DNA of 36,829 nucleotides, from NCBI GenBank assembly GCA_000934665.2, contig JYFJ02003873.1, positions 1 through 36,829 of the forward strand, in the 5' to 3' direction. The DNA is from Catajapyx aquilonaris. Its lineage: Eukaryota. Below the pieces are notes generated by a model. It searched no databases, was not told the origin of the DNA, and saw only the letters and a list, made by a program, of their open reading frames with translations. The position numbers and the translations under genes are program-made. Below, piece after piece: positions 20,801 through 30,617 of this stretch (its first letter is position 1; every line of letters starts with the position of its first letter).

Positions 20801-23776
20801 CCAGTTATTGCGCAAGAACTGTTGTCGTCCCACTTAAAATGGGGGTGCACCTTATTCTTCTACACAGGACTGTCCCTGTACTTGGGACATGATGGAGATG
20901 ACACTCACTATGCGGCCAGGTTGTTGAAGGGCACAGAAATGGTTCCAGACATCATGGAGTGTCTGGAGAGAACTCAGCGAGAAGACTTTGCTTGTTTGGT
21001 ACTTGATTTTGACTATAGAGAAAAACGTGATTACTTTCTGGATGAACATGGAAACACTAAGATTGTACTGTCGAAGGATCAGGAAACCGGCATATATACA
21101 GGTCCTGCTTATGGAAGGGACGATATCGCTTTTGTTCAAGAGGAAAAGGACAGGTGGAACATCTTCTCAAGCAATTTCATTTCTCATATGGAGTCGATTG
21201 TTAATCACAAAAATTTCTTGAGAAATTACTTCTCCAATAAGACGAATATGACAAGCACGTCTGATTCAGAGAGTCTTCTGAATCTGAAGAAGTTGTCGTC
21301 GACTTCTTTCTTGTTGATCATTGGTTTTTCTTTGGCCACATGTGCTTTTGTTGCAGAACGAGCATGGCAACGTTTGTCAATAAAATAAGGTGTATACCAT
21401 GCATCCTGGAAAAATCTAAGACATTGTGACCCAATATTGACATTTGAAGACTCCAGAGTGTAATCATGTATATGTATTCATATAAATAAAATGCTCACAT
21501 TCACTTGTTATTATATGTATTTTATTTTTTATTACACCGATCATGCTTTCATAGTGTCGAATCCATACTGGATAAATATATCAAAAGCACTATAGTGACG
21601 TAAGGAAAATATGTCAAGGTTCACTAGTTATGCAATCAATACCAGGTGTGCACAAAGCCATTATTCTCACCTGTAATTTTCAGGTAATATCAGGCGAACA
21701 TCAGTAGGAACTGTGAGTGTAAATAAGTGGCCACGCTGCCGGATAACAGTTGGCCATTTCCCCCAAAATTACAGGAGCAAAAGACGCTTTTGCCCCAGCA
21801 TTTACGCCAGTACTTACTGATCGTAAGTTGTTGCACTGATCAATGATACTGAACAGTGCATTGTCGGTATCTACAGTAGGGGCTAAGCTAACTTATGCGT
21901 TTTGGGAGGTGGCTTGTGTCCTTGGCAACCATAATTAGCCCCTCCCCCTACCGGTTGGTTCCGCTGCTAGTTTCAATAACACCCGCAGCCCATTTCCTTT
22001 TACGCACGCACGCACGCACGGACGGACGAACAAACAAACAAACGATCGTACAAACGATCGAGCAAACAAAGGAATGAACAAACAAACAAACGATTGAGCA
22101 AACAAACGATCGAGCAAACAAAGGAATGAACAAACAAACAATCGTACAAACGATCGAACTAACAAACGATCGAGCAAACAAAGGAATGAACAAACAACAA
22201 TCGTACAAACGATCGAACTAACAAATGATCGAGCAAACAAAGGAATAAACAATCAAACAAACGATCGAGCAAACAAAGGAATGAAGAAACAAACAAACAA
22301 TCCTACAAACGATTGAGCAAACAAAGGAACAAACAAACGAACAAACAATCGTACAAACGATCGAACTAACAAACGATTGAGCAAACAAAGGAATAAACAA
22401 TCAAACAAACGATCGTACAAACGATCGAACTAACAAACGATCGAGCAAACAAAGGAATGAACAAACAAACAAACAACACTACAAACGATTGAGCAAACAA
22501 AGGAACAAACAAACAAACAAACAATCATACAAACGATCGAACTAACAAACGATCGAGCAAACAAAGGACCGAACGAACAAACACCCAAAAAATTGCCACC
22601 ACAAGGTATAGCCAACTGACCACTTTATTTTATTGTGGGCATCAGTACTTTAACGAGCAATAATATTTCGTTTTGATAGCCTATCATGTGATATCTGGTC
22701 TTGTCCATCACGCAGGTACGGAGGTGCTGGACGGCCGTGCAGACATGTCTCACACAGTGGTGAACGGCGAGGCCTTAGAAGTCATCGACTACGCTTGTGT
22801 GTTGAATGAAGGGGTGGTCACACTGGTCTCTCGAAAACCACACCCGATGTACCCATGGTACTCCGTGATGCAGCCGTACACCTCCGGTATGTGGACCCTC
22901 ATCTTCCTGTCCTGCTGTCTGGGAACACTCTTCTTCTGGGCCATCATCACCTTCCCAAGAAGATACCACAACCCTTTCAGTCCATCCAGACCTCCTGTAC
23001 ACAACTTTGGCTACTCCTTCATGTCCATGTTCATCTCTCTGATTGAAGAGAGTCCAAACCTGAAGCCGACCTCACACGCATCCCGTGTGTTCCTGGCATT
23101 TTGGTACATATTCGCTGACGTCATAATATGCGGATATGACACCAAACTGATCGGTTTCCTGATGAGACCTGATCAGGAGATACTTCCGACCACGTTTGAG
23201 GAAATGGTGTTTTGGAAGCCTGAATGGCATTGGGGGATGTACCGATTTCATGTTCCGTACCTGACTGCGCTGCTGAACGGGATAGACAAGGAGTACAGTC
23301 CGATCTTACAGGAGAAGTTGGAGCCTCAAGGTATGGCCGAGTGTGTCGAGAGAGCTGGACAGGAAGAGAGATTCGGATGTGTCATCGCAACTTCGATCCT
23401 TCTTCCGTCTATATACACCAGCATCGACTTGTACAGCAGGTACGCCACGGTCCTGACAGGTGAAGCCGTTGGAAAGTACTATGCCGGAACAGTCTTGCCC
23501 AAACACAGCGTGTTGCGTCCTCACATCAAGAGGTTCACCACATGGCAAGTGGACGCTGGATTTCTACAACTGTACGAGGACAACTTCCACTATGCGTACT
23601 GGCTTGTTGGTCTAAGAACTGCTCGTGAGACTGGTCGAATCTACGAGGTGGACATGGACCTCAAGATTCAACAGATGGTAGGACCAATGATGCTGTTAGG
23701 AGCTGGGTTGGCCGTTGCAGTATGCCAGTTTATTGTTGAGATTGTGAGAAAGAAGATTCGGGTACACCTGACATAA
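17889..23776 (+). CDS. Divergent ionotropic receptor IR-1 (iGluR-related chemoreceptor), two large exons around a 4-kb intron; junction phase problem, possibly a pseudogene
   Basis: Exon 17889-18715 has a signal peptide and HTVCFFC..LYPDFTRNFHG, and ends at DGL-W with a GTAAGT donor. Exon 22716-23776 has EVLDGRADM, WYSVMQPYTSGMW (pre-M1), RVFLAFW...GYDTKLIGFL (M3), ECVER...FGC and an M4 LxIQQMVGPMMLL. The two halves are complementary, but the donor is phase 2 and the acceptor needs phase 1. Confidence 0.75.
18744..19095. mobile_element. Complete foldback MITE family 1 with 7-bp TSD (P-element/hAT-like)
   Basis: TIR CAGGGAG...CTCCCTG; ACAAGAC duplicated at 18737-18743 and 19096-19102; long internal inverted arms. 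Confidence 0.9.
19388..21388 (+). CDS. Divergent ionotropic receptor IR-2, nested in the IR-1 intron
   Basis: 666-aa ORF; probable 60-nt in-frame intron 19457-19516 (GTAAGG...TTACAG). HTVCYYC, NGSLTGI, WYVILQPFEDTMW, AYKTKSVSFITFP, ECLER..FAC, and M4 LNLKKLSSTSFLLIIGFSLA. Confidence 0.93.
   Translation: MNLRCLVLVWFILQCDATDHASEVRLFNIKVLSPNIFLKYFLQSESVPGIRQSNEEDMLLAEVVETTIETHFPECSFGMGVDHLKLGDPLQRMIKNMSIRYRPVVLSRMDTFSFDYKLYPWISRPEHLLSFRTQPEELRSKLWPGKSCVFNLILAKNISNIPNLIMHTASSFMIRNLYDSFFIHTHDSTRKIQHLLLKDPVQGIRLKTVSQFSSETGQMLMHTVCYYCQFGQHLINPPIRYPLDNFLMDKLFPAPPRDRKKGKVTMGFVQDVDLKAAKSRKERGEHLTIAEEVSLIIQGINNGEYTITAAEIEVEELFPNGSLTGIANSVRRRNVDLSAVVVYTDVAARAVLLGYPLFYFRGCFVTRIPRPVIKWYVILQPFEDTMWIALSISLIVSSASLSIIQKQFIRDICPHLMNLMRDLVEQPLNQNPENIKVLLFRSILCIFALIVVCAYKTKSVSFITFPRPEVLPVIAQELLSSHLKWGCTLFFYTGLSLYLGHDGDDTHYAARLLKGTEMVPDIMECLERTQREDFACLVLDFDYREKRDYFLDEHGNTKIVLSKDQETGIYTGPAYGRDDIAFVQEEKDRWNIFSSNFISHMESIVNHKNFLRNYFSNKTNMTSTSDSESLLNLKKLSSTSFLLIIGFSLATCAFVAERAWQRLSIK
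22005..22582. repeat. Compound (AAAC)n/ACGATCG minisatellite, probably inside a DINE/Helitron-like interspersed element
   Basis: Repeated AAACGATCGAGCAAACAAAGGAA units preceded by (CGCA)n(CGGA)n. Confidence 0.85.
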
Positions 23777-23884
23777 TCTCACACCACGCGGCACAATCTC
23801 ACCCTGCCTGGCACAATCTCACCCCGCCTGGCTCAATCTCACCCCGCCTGGCCCAGGTGCGGTGGGGTGAGATTGTGCCAGGTG
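23765..23884. repeat. 20-bp tandem repeat with terminal inverted copy, overlapping the IR-1 stop codon
   Basis: (CCTGGCACAATCTCACCCCG)-type units followed by GGTGGGGTGAGATTGTGCCAGGTG. Confidence 0.8.
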
Positions 23885-24183
23885 GTTTGACCGGTATATT
23901 CTCATTTGCCATATAGCCCTTAGTTGACACTACCCCCCACATGCCCCCATCGACCTAAAGCACTACCAAACACTACAGTGTAGTTCATGTTATTTTCAGT
24001 AGGTTCCGGAGCAAATATTGATTGGGTACTCTGTTGGGACTTAGCCAAGACCTTTTAATAGTTACACTTCAGGAAGTGGAGCTATGAAATAAAACACCTT
24101 CATTCTCTCATCGATAAAACTAGTTTTTTATTTAAATTCCAGATATACAATGCAAAGTGTGATAGTTATGAGCGATTTGGTGG

Positions 24184-26556
24184 CTATTTCACATATCCGT
24201 ACTTTCCTATTGGGAACGGGTCACTTGGAACCTTTCTTTTCCGCAACTTACGAATATTTTCCGGACGTTTTAAATCCGCATTTGAATTGTTTGAGGTACA
24301 TATTCCTGAGCAGAGTTCGACAACCCAGATAAAAAAGGCCACACCAATTCCTCCGGACCAAAACATGAAGATGGAGGACAAATGTTTCAACACCAAGAAC
24401 TTCTGCGGTTCATCTTGGTCCTCCTGGCCTCTTGTCTTATATGCACCTAATTGAAAGTTGTCTTTAACCCATATGTTGAGCAAACCTGACTGAAAGACTC
24501 GTGAGACCCAGTCGTTTATAGCCTTGTTGATGACAGATCCGGATGGTAAGGCGAGTCTGGTAGTGATATAAAACTCTTTGGTTGGCGATACTCGAAGTCT
24601 ATCTCTGTACTGGGTGATCATGCCCATTGCTTGGTTCAATAGGAAATCGTGAGCCATGCAGGCCACCGATGGGTTGTCTAACACTGCTTCCAGACATGCC
24701 TCGGTTGATGAGGTGAATTCTGATTCGTTGAACAATCGGATATGACTCGGGTTCTTCAAGTAGGGTGTTATCTGAAAGAATGTCATCATTTTATGTTAAC
24801 CTATAAGAATATTGTTGTTACTCTACCTGTTGAGTAACGAAGGTGTTGATGAACGGAATGACTGGTTTGTACCCAGCCTGGTACATCTCTTCAAATGTTG
24901 TAGGAAGTGGCTCCATATCTGGAACAGCTACCATTTCCACATACTTGCTTCTGTATCCACATGTAACAACCATTGCTAAGATCCAGAAGGAGCCAATCAG
25001 TATTCTGACACTTGTGATGTTGGGTAGTGATTCTGGTTGCTCAATTAGGACCCTGTTCAGACTGGCGATGCAAGAGATCAAAGAGGTTCGTCTGGTTCCT
25101 CTGTTCCTCAGAAGACAATGCAGGACCACAGCACACACCAAGATTGAGAGAGACAATCCAAGCCAAGACCCCCAGGTGAAAGGCATGATCAACTGATACC
25201 AATTGAAGAAAACATCTGGACTGACAGTCACAAAGGTCATGTGCATATCCCATCCATCAGGGGCCACATAAACGCGGTTGTACACTGCATCGTTCAAAAC
25301 GTACACCATCACAGCATCATATTTCCCAGACAACATCTCTCCTATGAGACCTGCCCAAGTTCCGTTCGGGTATTGATAAGCAGAGCTGGTTGTGTCGACC
25401 GATACAGGTTGTTGTAACACTGCATGTATTCCAAAAAAGTCGTCGAGAGAAAGCGCCACACTATCTCCAACTCTCAGGTACAATCTTCCACGTATTTTAG
25501 CAACCTTCTTAGCATGGTGAGAGTCAGTTTCTGTGTAGAACGGTACGGTCATATTCAGTCCGTTCATGTTCCTCGTCATGTCAGGATACAAGTCGATTCC
25601 GGACCTGGGCAGGTACAAGGTCATGGGCTGACCTTCTTCAAGGCAAAAGAAGCAGACTGTCTGCAAGATGAGCCTCTTCGTATCATTGCTGTCTCTGAAA
25701 GATGGTTAGAAGAGGGCTGATCTATCGTTTGTCAGCACCTGGCGGGGTTGGGCGGGCCGGACATGTTGGCAACGTGGCAAACAAGCGATCTCACCTGGTG
25801 GAGGCCAGCTTGAACTTGATCCCTGCAGCAGGATCCCTCATCATGACCTCTGCTGGATCCCCTTCCCTAAAGTGGAAGAGAAACATGTCCTGGAGGTTCC
25901 TGAGCCTGACAAAGGCCCCCGTCTGGAGGACTGCGTCTGGAAGGTCCCCAACCGAGGCCAGCAGGAAGAGGTTGAGGGTGCAGCTTCCTCCAGGCCACAT
26001 CCTGGACCTGACCTCGGGAGGCATCGTGCTGAAGGAGTACATCTGCTCTGGCCTGCTGATCCCCCTGTGCTGTCTCCACCATTCCCGAGGGAGTGATCCC
26101 GTCGGGTTGTTGAAGAGGACAGTTGGCCAGGAGGATCCTCGATGGTGACGGGATCGTAGAAAGGCTTCCAAGTGATGGCTGGTTCGGTTCTCATCACGGG
26201 ACAACACCAGGGAGCACTCGGAGTACTCTGGACTCTCCAGAATGTCTCGTGCTAGCCCAACCAGAAGCTCCATGTCATCCACTTCACTTAACAATGGCTT
26301 GGGCACTGATGGTGAAGACACCAGAAGCAATAAGAACATGCCTGTGTGTAAGAGAAGTTGCTTTAGTGTCCCGTCGCCTGTTGTGTTGGTGTTGTGTTGG
26401 TGTCATCTGTATGGCTTTGTTTGCCCGTTTGTGGCGTCGCAGGCCAACGAACGTTAATGCGGCTTTGCCAAGCTGTCCTGGTTAACACGAGCAAGATACG
26501 AAGAGATAAAACTTACTTTGACAAATCATCTTCACCTTATCCCACAGTGCATCCAT
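24184..26556 (-). CDS. Divergent ionotropic receptor IR-3
   Basis: Exons 26556-26517, 26341-25795, 25694-24827 and 24771-24184 splice in frame (first exon least certain). QTVCFFC, LYPDMTRNMNG, NGTWAGLIGEM, WYQLIMPFTWGSW, RILIGSFW..GYRSKYV, ACLEAV, and M4 LKHLSSIFMFW. Confidence 0.92.
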
Positions 26557-26982
26557 CAGCTTGAACCTCGACACTGCACTGTATGTGTCACAAACTGTCT
26601 ATTGCTCAACGACAATTGAATGAATAATTAGGGGACCACGTCGGCACCAATTACCCAAAGTGCTCTGAAATAATAATTAGAATATTGCAAGCAATGGGCA
26701 GGTGACAATGGATTTTCTGCAATATTATGAAATCTCTTGTGTTCTGACTGCTATATATGACGTCTCTCCATTCATCGTAGATAGTGCAATTCGTATTAAA
26801 TAATTACGCCAATTGATCCGAAAGGTCACCCTATTATTATCCTACGTTTGTGTCCAACGTTGTGGGCCATACGTCTCAAAATGTTTCAACCGCCATTTAA
26901 TGCTGGAGTAATTACACAAAATGTTCAATTTCGAGCAATTTATTTGTTCTCTGTTGACCTTTGACATATTATACTGTTTCCA

Positions 26983-27338
26983 TCAATTTCGTGCTATCTT
27001 TCGACACTCATTGTACTCCTCCAGCCTGATCTTCACACGTCGGCGTAGCTCCTCCTCGGTCAATCCCATAGGCTCTAAATACAAGATCTCCAGGATCATC
27101 CGTATGTACAGGTCATGCTGGTTGACCTCAGGGTCGAAGGAATCGGTCAGAGGGTAGCCATTCATTCTGTTACTGTTTAAGTTTTGGTTGTTTATTATAC
27201 ATGGCCAGTGTGTATGTTGCCAAGAACTTACCATATTGCTTGTCTTATAGCCAAGATGATTGCTAGTGATATCCAGGTGATGAGGTACATCTTTCCATAT
27301 GTCAACCCATGCTCCAAGTACGGCTCCAGCATCTCCAT
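26983..27338 (-). CDS. Unknown ~98-aa single-pass membrane protein, paralog 1
   Basis: Exons 27338-27232 and 27172-26983 (GTAAGT..CAG, phase 2): MEMLEPYLEHGLTYGKMYLITWISLAIILAIRQAICNRMNGYPLTDSFDPEVNQHDLYIRMILEILYLEPMGLTEEELRRRVKIRLEEYNECRKIARN*. Collinear with paralog 2; AATAAA downstream near 26940. Confidence 0.72.
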
Positions 27339-27604
27339 GATGCGAATCTCTTGGAAGCACATCTTTGTGAACACGTCTATCGGTATATGATTCACATCCG
27401 GAGGACCGGAGCACAATAATTATCTCGTTACAATTTCCACCTCTCGGTACGCAACCTACACTATTAGCTCTTGCCTATACTTATTGTCCATTGACGACAA
27501 AGATTTTTTTTAGAACACCGCAAGATTCCAGTATGTTTACATGTGATTTCCATCGTTTTATTGAAGCAGTGGCACCAACTTAATTGTTGAAGTGTGCCAT
27601 ATAC

Positions 27605-27925
27605 CAGAGGGACCATTACGTAAGAGGCACAAACATTCGATTTCCGCGTCTCTCTGTTTGGGGCGTTGCCAAGGCTGGCGGCCATTTTGAAGTGTGGGGA
27701 ACGCCAACGAGGTGTAAATAGGGTACAGGCAAAAATAGGGTCCGCCATCTTTGATTCGCGCGTATTCTTGCCATGTAGTTGCCATGGCCGCCAAAAACAT
27801 CAAAGATGGCGGACTATATTTTTGCCTGTACCCTATTTATACCTTGTTGGCGTTGCCCACACTTCAAAATGGCCGCCAGCCTCGGCAACGGCCCCCAAAC
27901 AGAGAGACGCGAACATCAAAGGCGC
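27605..27925. mobile_element. MITE family 1 copy, inverted relative to 18744-19095, right end degraded
   Basis: Same arms, with the central spacer in the opposite orientation. Confidence 0.8.
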
Positions 27926-28234
27926 CGACAGAAGTTTGCGTGGGGTGAGATTATACCAGCCCAATTTTGGACAACAGAAAATCACGTAAGTGCACACCTA
28001 TTCCATAGTGCTAAAATGTAACGTTTAAGCTTTTTTTCGCAATACCCTGGGAGAGGAAGAAAATCGCGAAATTTGGGAGAGAGCTGAAAATGAGACATTT
28101 TTTTTGGAGAATTTTTTCCGGTTAGTTTCCGCGTTTCAAAATGTAATTTTGCTTAAATATCTCGACCGCTGGAGTAATTACGCAATTTGCATGTTTCAAG
28201 CAGATTTATTTGCTCTCTGTTGACCTTTGACATT

Positions 28235-28615
28235 TTACTGTTTCCACCAGGTTTGTGCCATCCTACGACACTCCCTGTACTCGTATAGCCTGTACTTCAC
28301 ACGCCGGATTAGTTCCTCCTTGGTGCAGCCTATGTTCTCTGGAGACAGTATGACCTCCAGGACCATCCGGATGCAGAGGTCACGCAGGTTGACCTCAGGG
28401 TCGAAGGACTCGGTCATTGGGTAGCCCATACTGCTGTTCCTGTTCAAGTTTTGGTTGTTTATACAAATGGTCAGTTTGTATTGTGTATAGAGCCACAGAA
28501 CTTACCACATGACTTGTCTTAGAGCAAGGATGATGGCCAGTGTTATCCAGCTGGCGAGGTACACCTTTCCATAGGTCACCACATGGTCCATGCACAGCTC
28601 CAGCAGCGTCTCCAT
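28235..28615 (-). CDS. Unknown ~104-aa single-pass membrane protein, paralog 2
   Basis: Exons 28615-28506 and 28439-28235: METLLELCMDHVVTYGKVYLASWITLAIILALRQVMWNSSMGYPMTESFDPEVNLRDLCIRMVLEVILSPENIGCTKEELIRRVKYRLYEYRECRRMAQTWWKQ*. Same intron position and phase as paralog 1. Confidence 0.75.
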
Positions 28616-28869
28616 GATGATGCGATTCTGTTGGAAGCACACGACTCTTTGCTGCTGTTGTACAGCAATGTATGATTCACATCCGACACGTACACTTCTC
28701 TCATTACATCCCCCCCCCCCCTCTCGGTACGCCGTANACACTGAAAGTGTTATTTTCAATATATTGGTATTTTTTATTATTTTGATATCTACACACAAAT
28801 TCCTTTTTTCAGAGGTATTACGGTTTATTTGAGAGGTCTGACTAAAAAAACGGCCGAGTCCTTAATATT

Positions 28870-28998
28870 CATTTGACGTTTATTGTCCGCGCGTACAACT
28901 AACTGACTTCTACCCCCACCGCCCTGTACGGACAAAAGCGGACAAAGTGCAACCCCCCTCCCCCCCTTCACTTGTCCGCGCGGATTATGGACGGCCCC
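28870..28998. mobile_element. Right part of a Harbinger-like MITE
   Basis: Ends TTATGGACGGCCCC; internal CGGACA/TGTCCG repeats; left TIR not evident. Confidence 0.45.
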
Positions 28999-29076
28999 AA
29001 TGCGCGCTGCCCAATTTATATTCGGCCAGAAACAATTAAGAACCTCGTCCTCTTTTTTATCATACTGTATACACGA

Positions 29077-29224
29077 TATACTTAAATAAAGCAAGGTTTG
29101 TTTGTTTGTCCAGGTTTGGGAAGCATGGCAACAGCGGGTACACCATGGCAACATATATTTCCGTGGAAACCTGATGCTGTTGTCATGGAAACAGGACGTT
29201 GCTGGAAGAACGGGTTTCCTGCTA
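29077..29224 (+). mobile_element. Helitron-like short repeat
   Basis: (GTTT)n GTCCAGGTT, CATGGCAAC motifs, and a 3' end GAAGAACGGGTTTCCTGCTA related to the copies at 2031-2250 and 32170-32378. Confidence 0.55.
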
Positions 29225-29266
29225 TTGGGTCTTTACATGATTTAGAAAGTAATTTCGTGAGTTATA

Positions 29267-29486
29267 CAGGGTGGTCCAACATCAAGTGTCGTTTTATAAC
29301 GGCGATTAATAGCAGTGATTTTGCGATGACGTAGCAGCGACGCGTAAAATGTCCCACTTCGGCCGAGACTTCGGCGCATCTTCGGCGCCATCGAAGTGGG
29401 CAATTTTACACGTCGCTGCTACTTCAATCGTAAAGCGCTTCTATTAATAGCCGTTATAAAACGACACTTGATGTTGGACCACCCTG
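29267..29486. mobile_element. Tc1/mariner-type MITE family 2, second copy (inverted)
   Basis: TA|CAGGGTGGTCC...GGACCACCCTG|TA. Confidence 0.9.
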
Positions 29487-29960
29487 TATTAATTACTAAT
29501 TAATTTAATGAAGTTATATGAATTACTAATTAATTTAATCAGTGAATTATATGAATTACTAATTAATTTAATCGGTGAATTTATAGGAATTGCTAATTAA
29601 TTGAATAAATTAGAGTAATCATTAAATAAGTTAATAAATTATAGTAATCATTAAATAAGTTAATAAATTATAGTAATCACTAAATAATTTAATAAATTAC
29701 AATAATAACCAATTAATTCTTTTATTTATTTATTTATTTAGTTATGGCATTTAATTTTTTATTTTATTCCTTCATTCATTCAATAAATTATTTTATTCCT
29801 TCATTCATTCAATAAATTATGTTATTCATTCATTCATTTAATTATTTGTTTAATCATTTTAATAATATTGTAATAATTTATTTTAATTGGTTATTTTAAT
29901 TATTTTTCATTTCAATGCAATTATCAATTTATTTGATATTTATTTAATATTGAAATGTTT
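29487..29960. repeat. AT-rich low-complexity region with short tandem duplications
   Basis: Repeated GAATTACTAATTAATTTAAT and TAGTAATCATTAAATAAGTTAATAAATT units. Confidence 0.8.
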
Positions 29961-30617
29961 TAAATGTAGGCTACTTTAGAAGATCATTCAGTCAGATCAG
30001 TTGTGTGAGAGCGATGGCGATGCGATGGAAGTGTCGTAGAATGTGTCCATCATTATTGTAGGCTACACTTTTAATGGCGATTATATCGGTAACGAGGTTG
30101 CGTAGAGCGAACGACACCTCTACACAAAATGATCCGAAAGTGTCAATGAGCTCATCCTACACGTTTGGCTACTTAATTATAATTATGTGGATTTAAAAAG
30201 TAGCCGGACAAGTCTGCCATCTACCGACAGGCCGATACCGTAAGCTGCTACCATCTTCCGGCGCTTGTCTAAACTACGTACTAAGTAAGCGCTATTATAA
30301 GCTTCCTTGCGATTGTATGACATTTAATGAGCTCCTAATTAAAAGTGGAGGTCATACGTGGGTCATGAACATGACATATTTAACTATAAACTGCATAAAT
30401 GACAAGCCGTATTGTAACATTCTATCCGATTAATTAAAAGTAGCCGCTACTATTTAAGAGTAGCCGCTACCCGTAACCGTTAACTGCTATTCGAACACAC
30501 AAGATGGCGGCCGATGATTTGTTCTGAAGTTTTTTCTCTCTTCTGAAATCCTGCCAAGATTCAATTGATTCAGCGTGCCCCGCTGCCAGGTCTGACACAT
30601 CCGTTGGTAGCACATAA

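Noticed and set aside
22005..22582. CRISPR-like array
   Set aside because: No unique spacers and no cas genes; eukaryotic low-complexity repeat.
21935..22615. Several hydrophobic minus-strand ORFs (FIPLFARSFV...)
   Set aside because: They are translations of the AAAC-rich minisatellite.
27464..28021. Recurrent 'MADPIFACTLF...' ORFs (also at 13-230 and 18686-19163) as a gene family
   Set aside because: They come from the palindromic MITE arms, and the frames are not preserved between copies.
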